IMG/VR virus record: IMGVR_UViG_3300039106_000244
Coordinates: 53,016 to 117,015 of that record
DNA length: 64,000 bases
Reading direction: 5' to 3' (one strand)
Origin: a virus
Positions 1 through 12,400 of the stretch are shown in pieces. Made by a program: the position numbers and the translations under genes. Each line of letters starts with the position of its first letter. The stretch's first letter is position 1. The notes under the pieces were generated by a model. That model was not told the DNA's origin, did no database searches, and was given only the letters and a program-made list of their open reading frames with translations.

Positions 1-230
1 GTATTAGTCGGCAGGTATGTAATAACTCCGGTAGGGTCAACTGTAGTACCACCATTGCCAAAATGCATTTCTGTAATAAAATTTACACCTTTATTACTTA
101 AACTTTGTGCAATTGCTTCGCTCATGTTTTCATAGTGAATAGCATTGTCTTTGTCAACAAACATTTCATGTGTAATAGGATCGTATATTTTTAAAAATCC
201 TCTAATACTAAAATTAGCCATTGATAACAT
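1..230 (-). CDS. Phage virion/baseplate-associated hypothetical protein, 3'-truncated by the window edge
   Basis: Not in the ORF track. Manual translation from ATG at 230: MLSMANFSIRGFLKIYDPITHEMFVDKDNAIHYENMSEAIAQSLSNKGVNFITEMHFGNGGTTVDPTGVITYLPTN..., open to position 1. Start overlaps the upstream stop (TAATG). Confidence 0.75.
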   Translation of the reverse strand, partial: MLSMANFSIRGFLKIYDPITHEMFVDKDNAIHYENMSEAIAQSLSNKGVNFITEMHFGNGGTTVDPTGVITYLPTN

Positions 231-382
231 TATGCTCTCTCCTGTACAAATATTTCTTTAGTTTCAGGATCAAATATTTTAATATGCCCTTGAATATGTA
301 TACCACCGCGCTCATCAGGTTGCTTAGACGGTGTTGCTGTTGGTTGTGTTTTTATTGTTGAATCTTGCATTTTTTTATCCAT
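230..382 (-). CDS. Small hypothetical protein (50 aa)
   Basis: Manual translation MDKKMQDSTIKTQPTATPSKQPDERGGIHIQGHIKIFDPETKEIFVQERA*. ATAAATA late motif 5 nt upstream; stop coupled to the next start. Confidence 0.65.
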   Translation of the reverse strand: MDKKMQDSTIKTQPTATPSKQPDERGGIHIQGHIKIFDPETKEIFVQERA

Positions 383-431
383 ATACTTATTTATTTCAAT
401 CCTACTAACAGTTATTGTATTTACCGTATAT

Positions 432-3400
432 CTATGGTGCGATTAATGTTGCTGTACTTGCTTTTAAGAATGTAACCGGTGCAGTTGTTGCTCCATTAAA
501 TCCTGTCCCATCTGTTGCTACTCCGCTACCTAAATTATACCATACGTTGGTTGTATGCAATGATATATTAGCTGCAATAGTTACGTTACCGTTGCTATCA
601 ACAAATGGGTTGCCAGCATCATTTCTACCAACTGGCACAATACTTAATGGATACACATTACCTGTGCTTGTTCCATTTATTATTATCGCTGAACTAAGTG
701 ATACATTGCTAGTTATTGTAGTTGGATAGATTGCAACATTAGATCCATTAATTGCAATATTACCACCAGCTTTACCAGTAGTTAATGTTGTAATTCCATA
801 GTAACTTAATGAAATGTTGCTAACATTAGCACCGCTTGTTAATACTGTTAAATTAGCACCAGTCGATGATTGTGTTATATAATCACCAGCAGTTACAGTA
901 ACATTTCCACTTAGAGCTACATCATTATTTTGATATGTTAGACTATTTGTATTATTGCGTATAACCAACAACACTCTTGCAACTGAATCAATACCAGCTA
1001 CTGTCATTGACGCACCAGATACAGATTGTGTTATTACATCACCAACATTGGCACTTACGTTACCAGTTAATGAAAGATAGTACGAACGAGTTGTTGTTAC
1101 CGTATATGGTGTAATTGTGCTAAGTGAAATATTAGAAACTACATTTGGCACAAGTTGATCAATGCTACCATCAGTTATAAGTGTTCCAGCAGTGTAAAGT
1201 GCTGGTGTACCTGTACCTTGTGTGCCTCGACGTATTTGCCCAAGTGTATTTGTTAATAGATTACGTGTGTAATAAGTTATACGTTCACCATTAATAAATA
1301 TCACGCCAGGGATAGCAATTTGTCCTAATCCTACTGTGTCGATAAATGGTGCAGTTAACTTACTTGCATCTGCCACAACAATTGTAGTGTCGGTTATTGC
1401 TAAATTAGAAGCAAGTGTAGTCGAATGTGCAGATGCTATACGTAAATAACTTTCTTCACGCATCATATTGCTAAACATTCTATAGCCAATTACATCGACA
1501 TTACCATTGATTTTAGTATACACTTGCATATCTAATGTATCAAATACAATACCCGGTACCAATTCTTCAGGAGCATGGCTCGAGTATGTATCGACATACG
1601 CACCGCCAGCCACATTAATATCTTCTGCTCGTGTGCCTAATGCTAAATCAGTGTAATCACTGCGTATAATCGAATCAATAGTATAATCATCGAGCATCGG
1701 TAATCCATCGGCATCGTATTGAATATTATCAAATACACCTTCGTCAAATGGTGTTGGCCCACTAAAGCCAGGTGCTTGGTCAAAACCAGCACCTTGTACT
1801 TTTACACCCGGATATCCAATACCTCGTAATAATTGGGTTAAATCACGAGCTGGCATTGATGCACCTGGCTCATAATATCCAGTAATACGATCATTTGCAG
1901 TAGTAAAATCAGATGCATTGTAAATAGTATAATCGGTTGTATGTATGAACGTAGATCCAGATACTATATTTGCAGTTACGATATATGCGTTACGAGTTGC
2001 TGTTTCTAGCGAGCCGGTATGTGTTACTATATCACCAATTGTATAGGCAGTATTTGCAGACCATTCCTGCACCGAACTTGTATAATTAACTCTATCAAAT
2101 TTTAATGTTGTATTAATACTGCGAACTTGATTATTAGCAAGCATAGCATACGCACGTGCAGGAGTTGTACAACTACCATTAATAAGCACAGTTGGAGTTA
2201 CATAATAACCACTACCACCAGCGATGATATCAATTCTAATTACAGTGCCCAGGTCAAAATCAATAATTGCACGTGCAGTTGCACCGGACGCAGCAAGTCC
2301 ACCATCGACTATAGTAACTATTGGTTCGGCAGTATAACCACTGCCGCTATACTCCACTACGATACTCTCAACTTTGTAATTTCTATTAGCATACCATTGA
2401 CTATATGTATCAGTTTGCCATAATGCCTCATCTTTAATTATATTTTCGCCACTCGGACTACGGAATATCTGTGTGTCAGTATCATAATATGCCGGTACAT
2501 CAAAATCAGATATGTTACCAGCATACTCATCGGTGCTATTGTAGTTAATTGAATATTCGCGTATTTTAGTCGAATATGGTTTAACTTCTGAGATATAATC
2601 TTGATAATAAGTTTGATTATCTTTAATATAATTAGGAGTTTGTGCAAGTGTTCGTAGGGTATGAGCTACACTAATAAAACTAGTTTTAAATATCCAATCA
2701 ACATATTTTTGTTCATTGAATATGTAATTAACTACAACAAAAAATAATTTATTAAATTCAGAATCTAATTCTCCAACAAAAATATCATCTCGTAATGCTG
2801 TAATTATATACCGAACTTCGATTGTTGGAGTTGTATTATTAATAAGAGTACCGTTTGATGTTTTTAATTGCACAGTTCCATTTTGAATGCCTACGACATC
2901 AAAGTGATTTTGACTATTAAGTACAAGAAGATTCCATCCGTGGTCCCCACCGCGGCTAACTCTAACTAATACATCGTCACCGACTTTAACCGGTAATTTC
3001 AATGCATCGGTTAATGTATCAACTACATATTCAAGTTGAGTTTCAACTCCGTACCCAGGTGCGTACCAATCAACATAATCCCAATATAAATCTGTTTTAT
3101 AACTTTGTATTTTAACTACTTCCCATGTATTGTTAATAGACAATTCATAAACTACCCAAAGATTATTACGTGTAGTATCTTGTTCTACTAATATTTTATA
3201 ACCAGGGTCTAGTGTAGTTATATCAATCAATTCTAATTCTAATTCTGTTGCAATTTTTAAATCATATTCACCTAATTTAATATTAGGTTGCGGTTCAGAC
3301 GCAGTAAGATTAGTTAAATCACAATTTCGTGCAATTGGTGTAGTTATTAATACACTATTAGCATAGTCTATTAGATTAGACCATGCTGTGAATCTATCAA

Positions 3401-6400
3401 TAAACATTGTTTGGCGCGGTCTTACTCCGAGTCCAAATTTATCTGCTGTGCTCAATGCCGGATCGGGTACAGTTGCACCTAATATATCAATACCCGCTAA
3501 ACTATCAATCAATTTATTAATAATTTTTGGAGATATTGCGCTATCTGCATTACCTTTTTGTATTAATTCATATTCACTATGTATAATATTAGTATTTTTA
3601 ATTGTATTATAATCAATATGTAATATAGTATTTTGTGATGATAGATAATCAACTATGTTGTATACAATAAGTGCATTATTTTGTATAATTGCCGCGTATG
3701 GAACTCCTTGATTTTTAGGATTTTCAATTATATCTTGTACCGCAAGAATTGGTATATGTCTAAATTCATTATTTGGGTCAACTGTTGTTTTATTTTTAAC
3801 CCAATAAAAATATTTAATACCAATAATATTAGTGATTGGATCAACGAAAATAAGTTCGACGTATGCAGAATCATCTTCGTATTTTGGTTGGCCTTCGCCG
3901 CCATTTGCAACATACATACTAGGTAGGTATGCACTTTCTACCCATTCAAGCACTTCGACAATTGAACCCGGAAATAATTTGCCCCAGTTGATACTACGAT
4001 ACGTTAAGGTATCTTGTTCGTAATCTATATAACTAAGTAAACTCAAATTCCACCATACTTGGCCAACTTGATTACTGTTCCAGAATATATTATCGTTTAA
4101 ATTAACTGCATTATTTGTTCCGCGGTTGTATACCGCCGGATCGTACCCAGTTTTATATGATATTTCTTGTTCTGCTAATCCAGATATCTTACCCTTTGCA
4201 GGGTCAATAAATTCCAGTGTTTTTAAAATAGTATTTGATAAATTACTATATAGATACAATCTGCTAATAGATTCAATGTCTACTGTAGGTTGTTGATAAC
4301 GTAATAAACTCCACCCACGTTTGCCAGTTGGATTACTAAACACGTATATGCTTCCGCCATCTGTGATTGTTGTATCATCGCTTGGTGCACTCACTACAAT
4401 GTGTCCGCCAATTACATCAATTGCAGCACCAAAGCCATCGCCGGTATTTAAGTCAGTCGGATCAAGTTGTTGACAAAATGCATAGCGGCCTGGATGTTCA
4501 ACTGCATTACGTGGATCATCGTATAATTCATAAGTGTATACGCTTCCACTAGCATTAACACTATCAAAGAATGCTGTAGAAATATTATCAAATGTTGTTG
4601 CTGTTCCATCATCAAATGTAGTATAATGATTTGTTGTTCCGCGATCACTACTAATCACCAACATATATGCATTACGGGCCAAGATAACTTTAGTACCAAA
4701 ATATTCATTGTTACTATGGTACGGGTTAACAATAATCTGCATGAATGCAAATATAGCCATGCCAGCGTCTTCGTACACGGTGCCACTTGCTGATAGGATA
4801 CGTAAACGATTTTTAGCTACAGTTTTATCACTATTCAATCTTAAATAACCTGCTTCATTAACTGCGGTGATACCTAATAGATTAGCGTCATTGATATCTT
4901 GTACTAAACTATCTAAACTTGTACCGGTTACAGTAATTTGGAAGTTATCTAACCGAATTGTATCGCCTGGAGTAAACGTTGGATTATGTATATAACCTGT
5001 ATTAGTACCGTAAAGTGTTCCTCTATTATGGAATTTCCAAACTGCACCGGTGTTGTAAATTGTACCTGCATTGTAATACGGAGCACCGATATAGAATGCG
5101 CAATTGTTTGAACATATTGTTAACGCCGAACCAAATCGTGCCCCTGCTTGAATTGCACTTAAACTACCATCTAGCGTATCAATGCCAATTAATCTTTCTA
5201 ATAGAGTAAATTTATTAGTTTCAATTTTTACAACTTTACCTACCCCAAGTGGCACAAATAAAGTTATTTCATTTGTTCCAGTTTTTGTATAATTAAATAT
5301 TTCAATATCATCAACTGTTACTTTATGTACATCGGCTATTATTTCTTGCGTAGTATATACTGTACCATTTGTGCTATTAAATGCTTCGATTACACGATCA
5401 TATACATATACTGCACCAGCCTGTGCAAGTGTCACTCCAGTTGACCCAATTACGCCATCTCCTGGTGCACCAACTCCGAGTTGTGCTCCGTTCAAACTTG
5501 CATCAATGCAATATCCAAACTCACTGCCTGCAGGTCCAGAAATAGTTTCAACTAATGTGTAATACGGACCTTGTGAAATTGTAAATGTGCCATTTACATT
5601 ACCCGATATAAATGTTATTGTTTGTCCACTTATAGTATAATCGATTCTTGGAATATATGTACGTGTTGCACTTGTTACTAATACCGAATTAGCATCAGTT
5701 GAGCTAACTATTGTATCACGAGTAAACGGTACTGTTATTGTAGATACGGAACCAGATGTAGTAACATTTCCGGTAGCTTCAGTTACAAAGCGTTGTAAGC
5801 CATATACATAAACTTTTGGAGTTGCTTCATATGGTGCACTAACGTATAACCAGTGTCCTAACTCATCAAATGCGAATCCTGTACCAAATTTGCCACCGGT
5901 TGCACTTACATTACCGGCAATAACCTGTCCACGAACCCAATTTTCAGTGCTAGCAGTTTCTTTATATATGTACATTAATCCGACATTAGCAGCACCGCCT
6001 AACCCAGAACTTGTTGGTGCGCTAATTGCTAGTGTTTCTCTTGTGTCGACTCCATCATTGATAAACGAATCAACTGCGGTATCAATATGTGAACCAAATG
6101 TAAATGTGTTTGCACCATCTGGTATTATCGAAGTTGTTTCAACATATACATTAGATGCATTTTTTTCAAATATATTTACTGCACCTGTATTAGTTGAGAC
6201 AGATAAATTTGCGTATAATGTAGTACCAGTAAAAATAGTTTGTTCAGCGTTATCAATCATTTTTAATGATCGGCCAAAACCTATGTTTGCAGAGTATTCG
6301 CTAGTATTTTTTACAAGGCGTTGGCCCATAGACCACGGATGTGTTTTTTCATACACTTTCCATGTACCACTTGGCTGTGTACCAAATGGTTGCCCTTGTA

Positions 6401-9400
6401 CTGCATTAGTTTCTGCATCATCATCAATCCAAATCTTTTCACCTATGTGCCAGCCGTGCGGTGGTACATATAGACGTGCAGTTTCCATGTAATCAAATCG
6501 TAAACTGTGTAAGTTAAATAACATACCATTACCATCAATAGTAGTTAATTGTGCTGTATCTCCAGAATATTTAACTAATATATTTGTAAGATCGAGTACT
6601 TCCTCAACTTGATAGAAGCCATCAAATGCTGTATTAAAATTGCGAGTCATGAACACATCGCCTACAAGTAATCCGTGTAGTTTATTTGTAGTAAATGTTA
6701 TATAACCATCAAGTGAATTAGATACTAAAATAATATTATTGTCAGTTTCTGTTATTCTATAAACATTCCAATTTTGAGTGAAATCTTTGGCGCACCAAAT
6801 AGTATAACCGGTGCCCATTGCATTTAATCTATCATCTAAATTTACAAAATTAGCAAGATCAAATATAGTAGTCGATACATCATTTATATTTACATAACCA
6901 GCAGTTAAAATATCATTACTATAATCACTATGTGCATCTCTGTTTAATGCAATCGTGCCATTATACTGTTCAGTTGATTTATATAATTGTGACTTATTAA
7001 ATATAGTCACACCATTTCCACTAGTATCGGTTACAAATGAAGCTGTTGCAGGATTAACACTAAATGCTTTTTCATCTAATGCAAGTTCTACATATGGATT
7101 TATATTTAATGCACCATACTCACCTGTCCGTATTGCCCACTCTTCGTAAAAATTAATTGAGTTACCGGTATTATTAAATTCTGCATTAATTAATTGATTA
7201 ACTGCATTAGCAGAACCTTTTTGTTTAATGAATCCTTTATATAATTCAATCTGAGTAGTATCACTTAATCCAAGGTCTGCTAAGTATTGACGTGGTTTAA
7301 ATCCAATTAAACCATGACTATATCTGATTTGATCCGAATCATTAAAGGTTGTGTGCGAATTATAATATAATTGAGATTTAGCCGCAATAGTAGCAAAATT
7401 TGGCATTAATCCTTTTTTAATCTCACTTGCTGCAATTTGTTTCCAGTATGCAAACGCAAACTCAATAGTTGCTGATATGTTTTGTAATGCAACATAAAAT
7501 TGATTTTTATATTGTACTAAATCACCTTTTAAATAATCCTTGCCACCTTGCCACACATCTATAGCACCAGAATTATACATAAAGCCCGGTGCATTTAAGC
7601 TGCCATCCCAGTCTGCAGTTTTTTGTCCAATTAATTTTAATCTAAATTGTCTATTGCCAAGTTCGGGTTTATATATTACATCGTTGAATACAGTAGTATT
7701 ATCAAATATCAACACATGTTCATATTGTACTAGATTTAATTCAATGTATCCTATAACCGCATCATTTGTTAATGTTATTTTAAATGAAGTAGGACTACGT
7801 AATACATTATAATTTGTAGTTTTAACTAAAGTAAAATTCTGATCTAACACTCTCGAACCATGTTGATTATCTGTAATTGCATCTGTAATTGCACCTACTG
7901 TAACTACATTCAATACATTAGCAACCGGTGATAATACCAAGATGCTGCCTGCAGCCCAACCTTGTTGTGCCCAAAATATGAATTCTTTAATTGACAATTT
8001 CCAGTTACGTGTTTCGCCTAGTTGTTCATCAGTGTCGTTAAATGTAAACCCTTGTGCCATTAAATGTCGTTCGTAACTAATTAAGAAATCGGCTATTTGT
8101 TGTTGACTATTAAACTCGTATCCATATGGAACTGTTAATTTTAAGTTCTGATAATCTTTAAACACAGTTACAGAATTATTTAATACATTAATTTTATATG
8201 CATTTGAGTTAATTACACTTGGAATAATAGTAAAGTACGGGTTAGATAAATTATATCCACGTACACTATATCCATTTGTAGTTTTTTCAATGATCACGCC
8301 ACTGTATGCTATTTTTTCCACAGGAGTTGATTTATATAAATGTACATTATAATTTTCGTTTGGAATAATAATACTATCATTTGTACTTGTTGGGGAACTT
8401 TGTTCTGCCAATACCTGTAGATATTTTTGATCACTAAATCCTGCCATTTTATATGCAAGATTAATTTCGTAATTTTTTAGTAATGGAGTAATAATAGTAG
8501 ATGGATCAATGCCTTGATTTACTAAGAAATCTGCAATCCAGTTTATATAACCTGCTGTTCTTACTACTGTGCCAGATGATGTATCACCATTAAATGTTAA
8601 TGATGTTTGTTTAATATGATCATTGGTATCAGTTAGATATTGTCCTATATTCTTATTCATTGAATAGCGTGAAACATCTATCAATAAGCCAAAGTATCTA
8701 GCAGGCTTTGCCAATGCAAGTGCTTGTTGCATAGCAAATGGGAAATCACTGCTATTACGCCATGCTGTTTCAACTGGACCTTCGTGTCCTACTGCCCATG
8801 ATGTTGCGGCTCTAATAGAATTAAATGATGCTGTCATAATCGATGCTGGATTCTTTAAGAATCCGTGATCGTCAACTGGGATAGCAGTTGACAGCCCGGG
8901 ACGAATAAAGTTAGGTGCTATACCAGCATTTTCGCCTCTTCTGATTAATCCTGCTTCTAAATCATCCCATAATAATTTATTACCGCCGGTGTATGGTGCA
9001 GGACCGTACTCTTCTTCCCACCAAGCTGGTTTTATCGCAAACCCTAACATTTCCCATGGTGTCTGATGTGGGCGAATTGTATCATAATAATATTGATAAC
9101 ATGCTCGCCAACTACCCGGCAATGCTTCTCCACTAATTCTATCAACAAAGCGACTATAGTTCCATGTAAATGGATCATTACTTTCAAAAGTATCATTTAC
9201 TGTGAAATCAATTTTGTTATTACCTATCCAATTTAAAAAACTCTTAGATAATAATTGATTAACTTCTGTTAATGAATAATCATCATTTCTAAATTTTCCA
9301 GATTTAACAGAATAAATGTCTTGGTAGCTACCATTATCAAGTAATTTAATATTATTGTATATACGTTTTTCTAATTCTAATACAAAATCATCTCTGTAAT

Positions 9401-12400
9401 CACCAAATGCCGGTGTGATACTACCATCGTGACCGCGTATAACATTAATAGTAGTGCGATAAGTATCATCTAAAAAGATTTCTGGTAGAAATTTAGGATA
9501 TAGACCTAATTTAGTAGGTGTCTCCGGAACATAACATCCATTGGTATCGGCATATTCTACTATTTTAATAATATCATCAACTTCTAATGTAACAGTGTTA
9601 GCAATTGTTATTGCCGGGCGGTCTGTATCAAAGGTGTAATCTCTACCTAGCATTAATTGTATATCATTTAAATATACAAGTATCGCCTTGTTACTTAATG
9701 CATACGCATCAAATACTGTAGTAATTTCATACGAACGTACCAATGGGTCAAATACAGTATACCCAGTACCATTAACAATATTTTTTAATGTACCATAGGG
9801 TATCATATCACTATAAAACCAAGGGAATGTTTTATTTTTAATCTTGTTAATTTCTGTTAATATTAAATCTACACTTGAAGCAGGATCAGTTGGCTGTATG
9901 CCAGATAACGTTGCACTTAGTTCTAAGAATTTATTTTTAAATCGTGCATATTCTTGTTGTGCATATCGTGTTGCATCAATGAAATTTGTAGTATCGTTTA
10001 ACAAGAATAATATCGCATTAGATACTGGGGCACTATGTTGTAATATATTACCACCCTGTGATTTAATCTCAATATCTCTGAGATTGCTACTTCCGAATAT
10101 ATCTCCTACTAATTCAGTACTACGTTGACTTAATTCAACTAAATGATTTCTAAGTTGACCAAGGGTCAACGATGTAAGATTAATATTTTGTGCATTTAAA
10201 TCTAAATTTTGAGGAACTTGATATTGTCCTATTTTACTTATTTCATCACTAAAAACTAAAATATCAATCTTATCGCCAATTACAGGAGCAACAGATAATG
10301 TTATTGCATTGTTTATAATCGACCAATTTGATTGTTGTACAAATATGTTATTTTTATAAACCCTAATATGCGGAACTATATCTGATGGTAATACCGTAAC
10401 ATCAATTTTAAATGGACTATTAGTTCCATCATAGTTATAGGTAATAAGTTGTTCCTGATGCAATGGTTCATTTACTGTTGCCCAGTTATTTTTTGGAATA
10501 ACTGTATTTCTATCTACTATTTGTTGTAAAAAACCAGTGGTAATATGTTTGTTATATTGAGTTTGCTCAACAATATAACTAAACATATCTGTATCAAAAT
10601 AATTAGTAAATTCAATATTACCTTGAGTTTGAAATGTTGTATATTTTAATGGAAATGCCAATACTGTATCAATTAACGTACTTGTGCTAGTTCTATTATA
10701 TCCAAATAATTTTGTACCCAAGAATGTACTAGATGAATATAGTGATAAACTTGTTCCATTTGCGTCGTATACATCAAATAACGGATCTTGTTGTAAACCG
10801 GTTTTCTGTTGGCTTTCAATCCATATATCACCATTATACCACCACTGAGTTCCTTTATGAATTCCTGAGGTTACTACTACAGTATCGTATATTTCGTTAG
10901 TGGCATCGTTAGCCGGATTTAAATTTATGTATATAGGACCGGTTAATAATCCATTGGTATCAATTTGAATTTGTACCAAATTAATTACATAGATTTTATT
11001 GCGGACAACAGGATCAATATCAGATGCAAATATAATTCGCATGCCGTCATATAATGTAACCCCAGCAATAACAGTTAATTCTTGACCGTGTAATTCATTA
11101 AATGCATCTCGTGTAGTTGTATCTAAAATACTAATCGCTTGTTTTCCAATTCTACCAAAATTGAATAATTGTAAATCTTCTTCAAATTGTATGATCGGAC
11201 GTTGCGCACGTAAAGTCTGATTATAAATTGGTTGAACACTATTGTATGTCGCAGTGAGACTAATTATCTCACTATGAAACCAACGATTACTACGTGACCA
11301 TGCATTTAAATCTTTGCTTGCTCGATTAATGGTAATATAATCTGCATTAGCAGCATTACCTGGTAGTCCGTTGGGGTAATTTAATGCTATTTCATCATTG
11401 TATAGTTCAGGAGTAACCAATGCTGTTACATCGATTAATCGAATGCCCGCTGATGTTCCTACTCCTTCTACATAATATTCTTTATTCCGATATGCAATAG
11501 GTGTAACATCAGTACTAAAATTTATTTTTAGCCCACTAGTAAACGATATACCGTTAGGACTAGTATACGTTGATTTTCTTAAAATGTCAACTTCTACGTC
11601 GATATCCCACCCGGTTATGTCAACTAGTTTAATTGCAGTATACATCGATGGGTCGGTTCCATCTTGAATATATAATGTATCCTGGATACTTGATATAACT
11701 GGCACAACATGCAAGAAAGTATCATAATCTTTAAAGAATTCTTTATTAGCATTTACAAGTCCTGATCTAATATATACTTTTTCGTCAAGTAATATATCTT
11801 GTATGTGGACTAAACGAATTAATGGGTTTGCCGCTGTAGCATCAACAAATTGTATGCGCCATACTCCAAATCGATCAGCATCTGGAATAATATCTCCGGC
11901 ATTATAGCCAGGAATAGTTAAGTTAGTTACAGGATCGATAACCGCTGGAATTGTCCATGCAGCTTCGCCATAATTAGTTAATAATTCTTGATTAACAAAA
12001 ATCATAGTTTGACCATCAAGTTGGCCAGTGAGTCCCGCATATTGTGGATATGTTTCAATAAATTGACTTAGATATTGATTTTGTATAGTGTCATAGGCTA
12101 TAGGAAGTGCATAATCAACTGACGCTACTACATTCATTGATACATATCTATTTTGTGCAGTTGTTTGCGGAACATTAAATGTAATTGTACCGACGTCTAA
12201 CCCATTATTAACAACACCGAGTACCTCTCGGGTACTAACTGTCGGAGTTGCATTTACTTTCCCATCAATGCCCAGTTCGGTTTGTATCCAAAATCCTATG
12301 CCAGGTTGATTAACTTCAAATGTATACTGGCCTCCACGTGCAAGTATAATTGTATCTTTTATTGTTCCGTTTGCGCTAATGTTGTAACGAACAATATTTG

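Noticed and set aside
396-434. Amber read-through fusion of the 4149-aa protein to the next ORF
   Set aside because: The frame meets two more TAGs and a TGA before the next gene and is out of frame with it.
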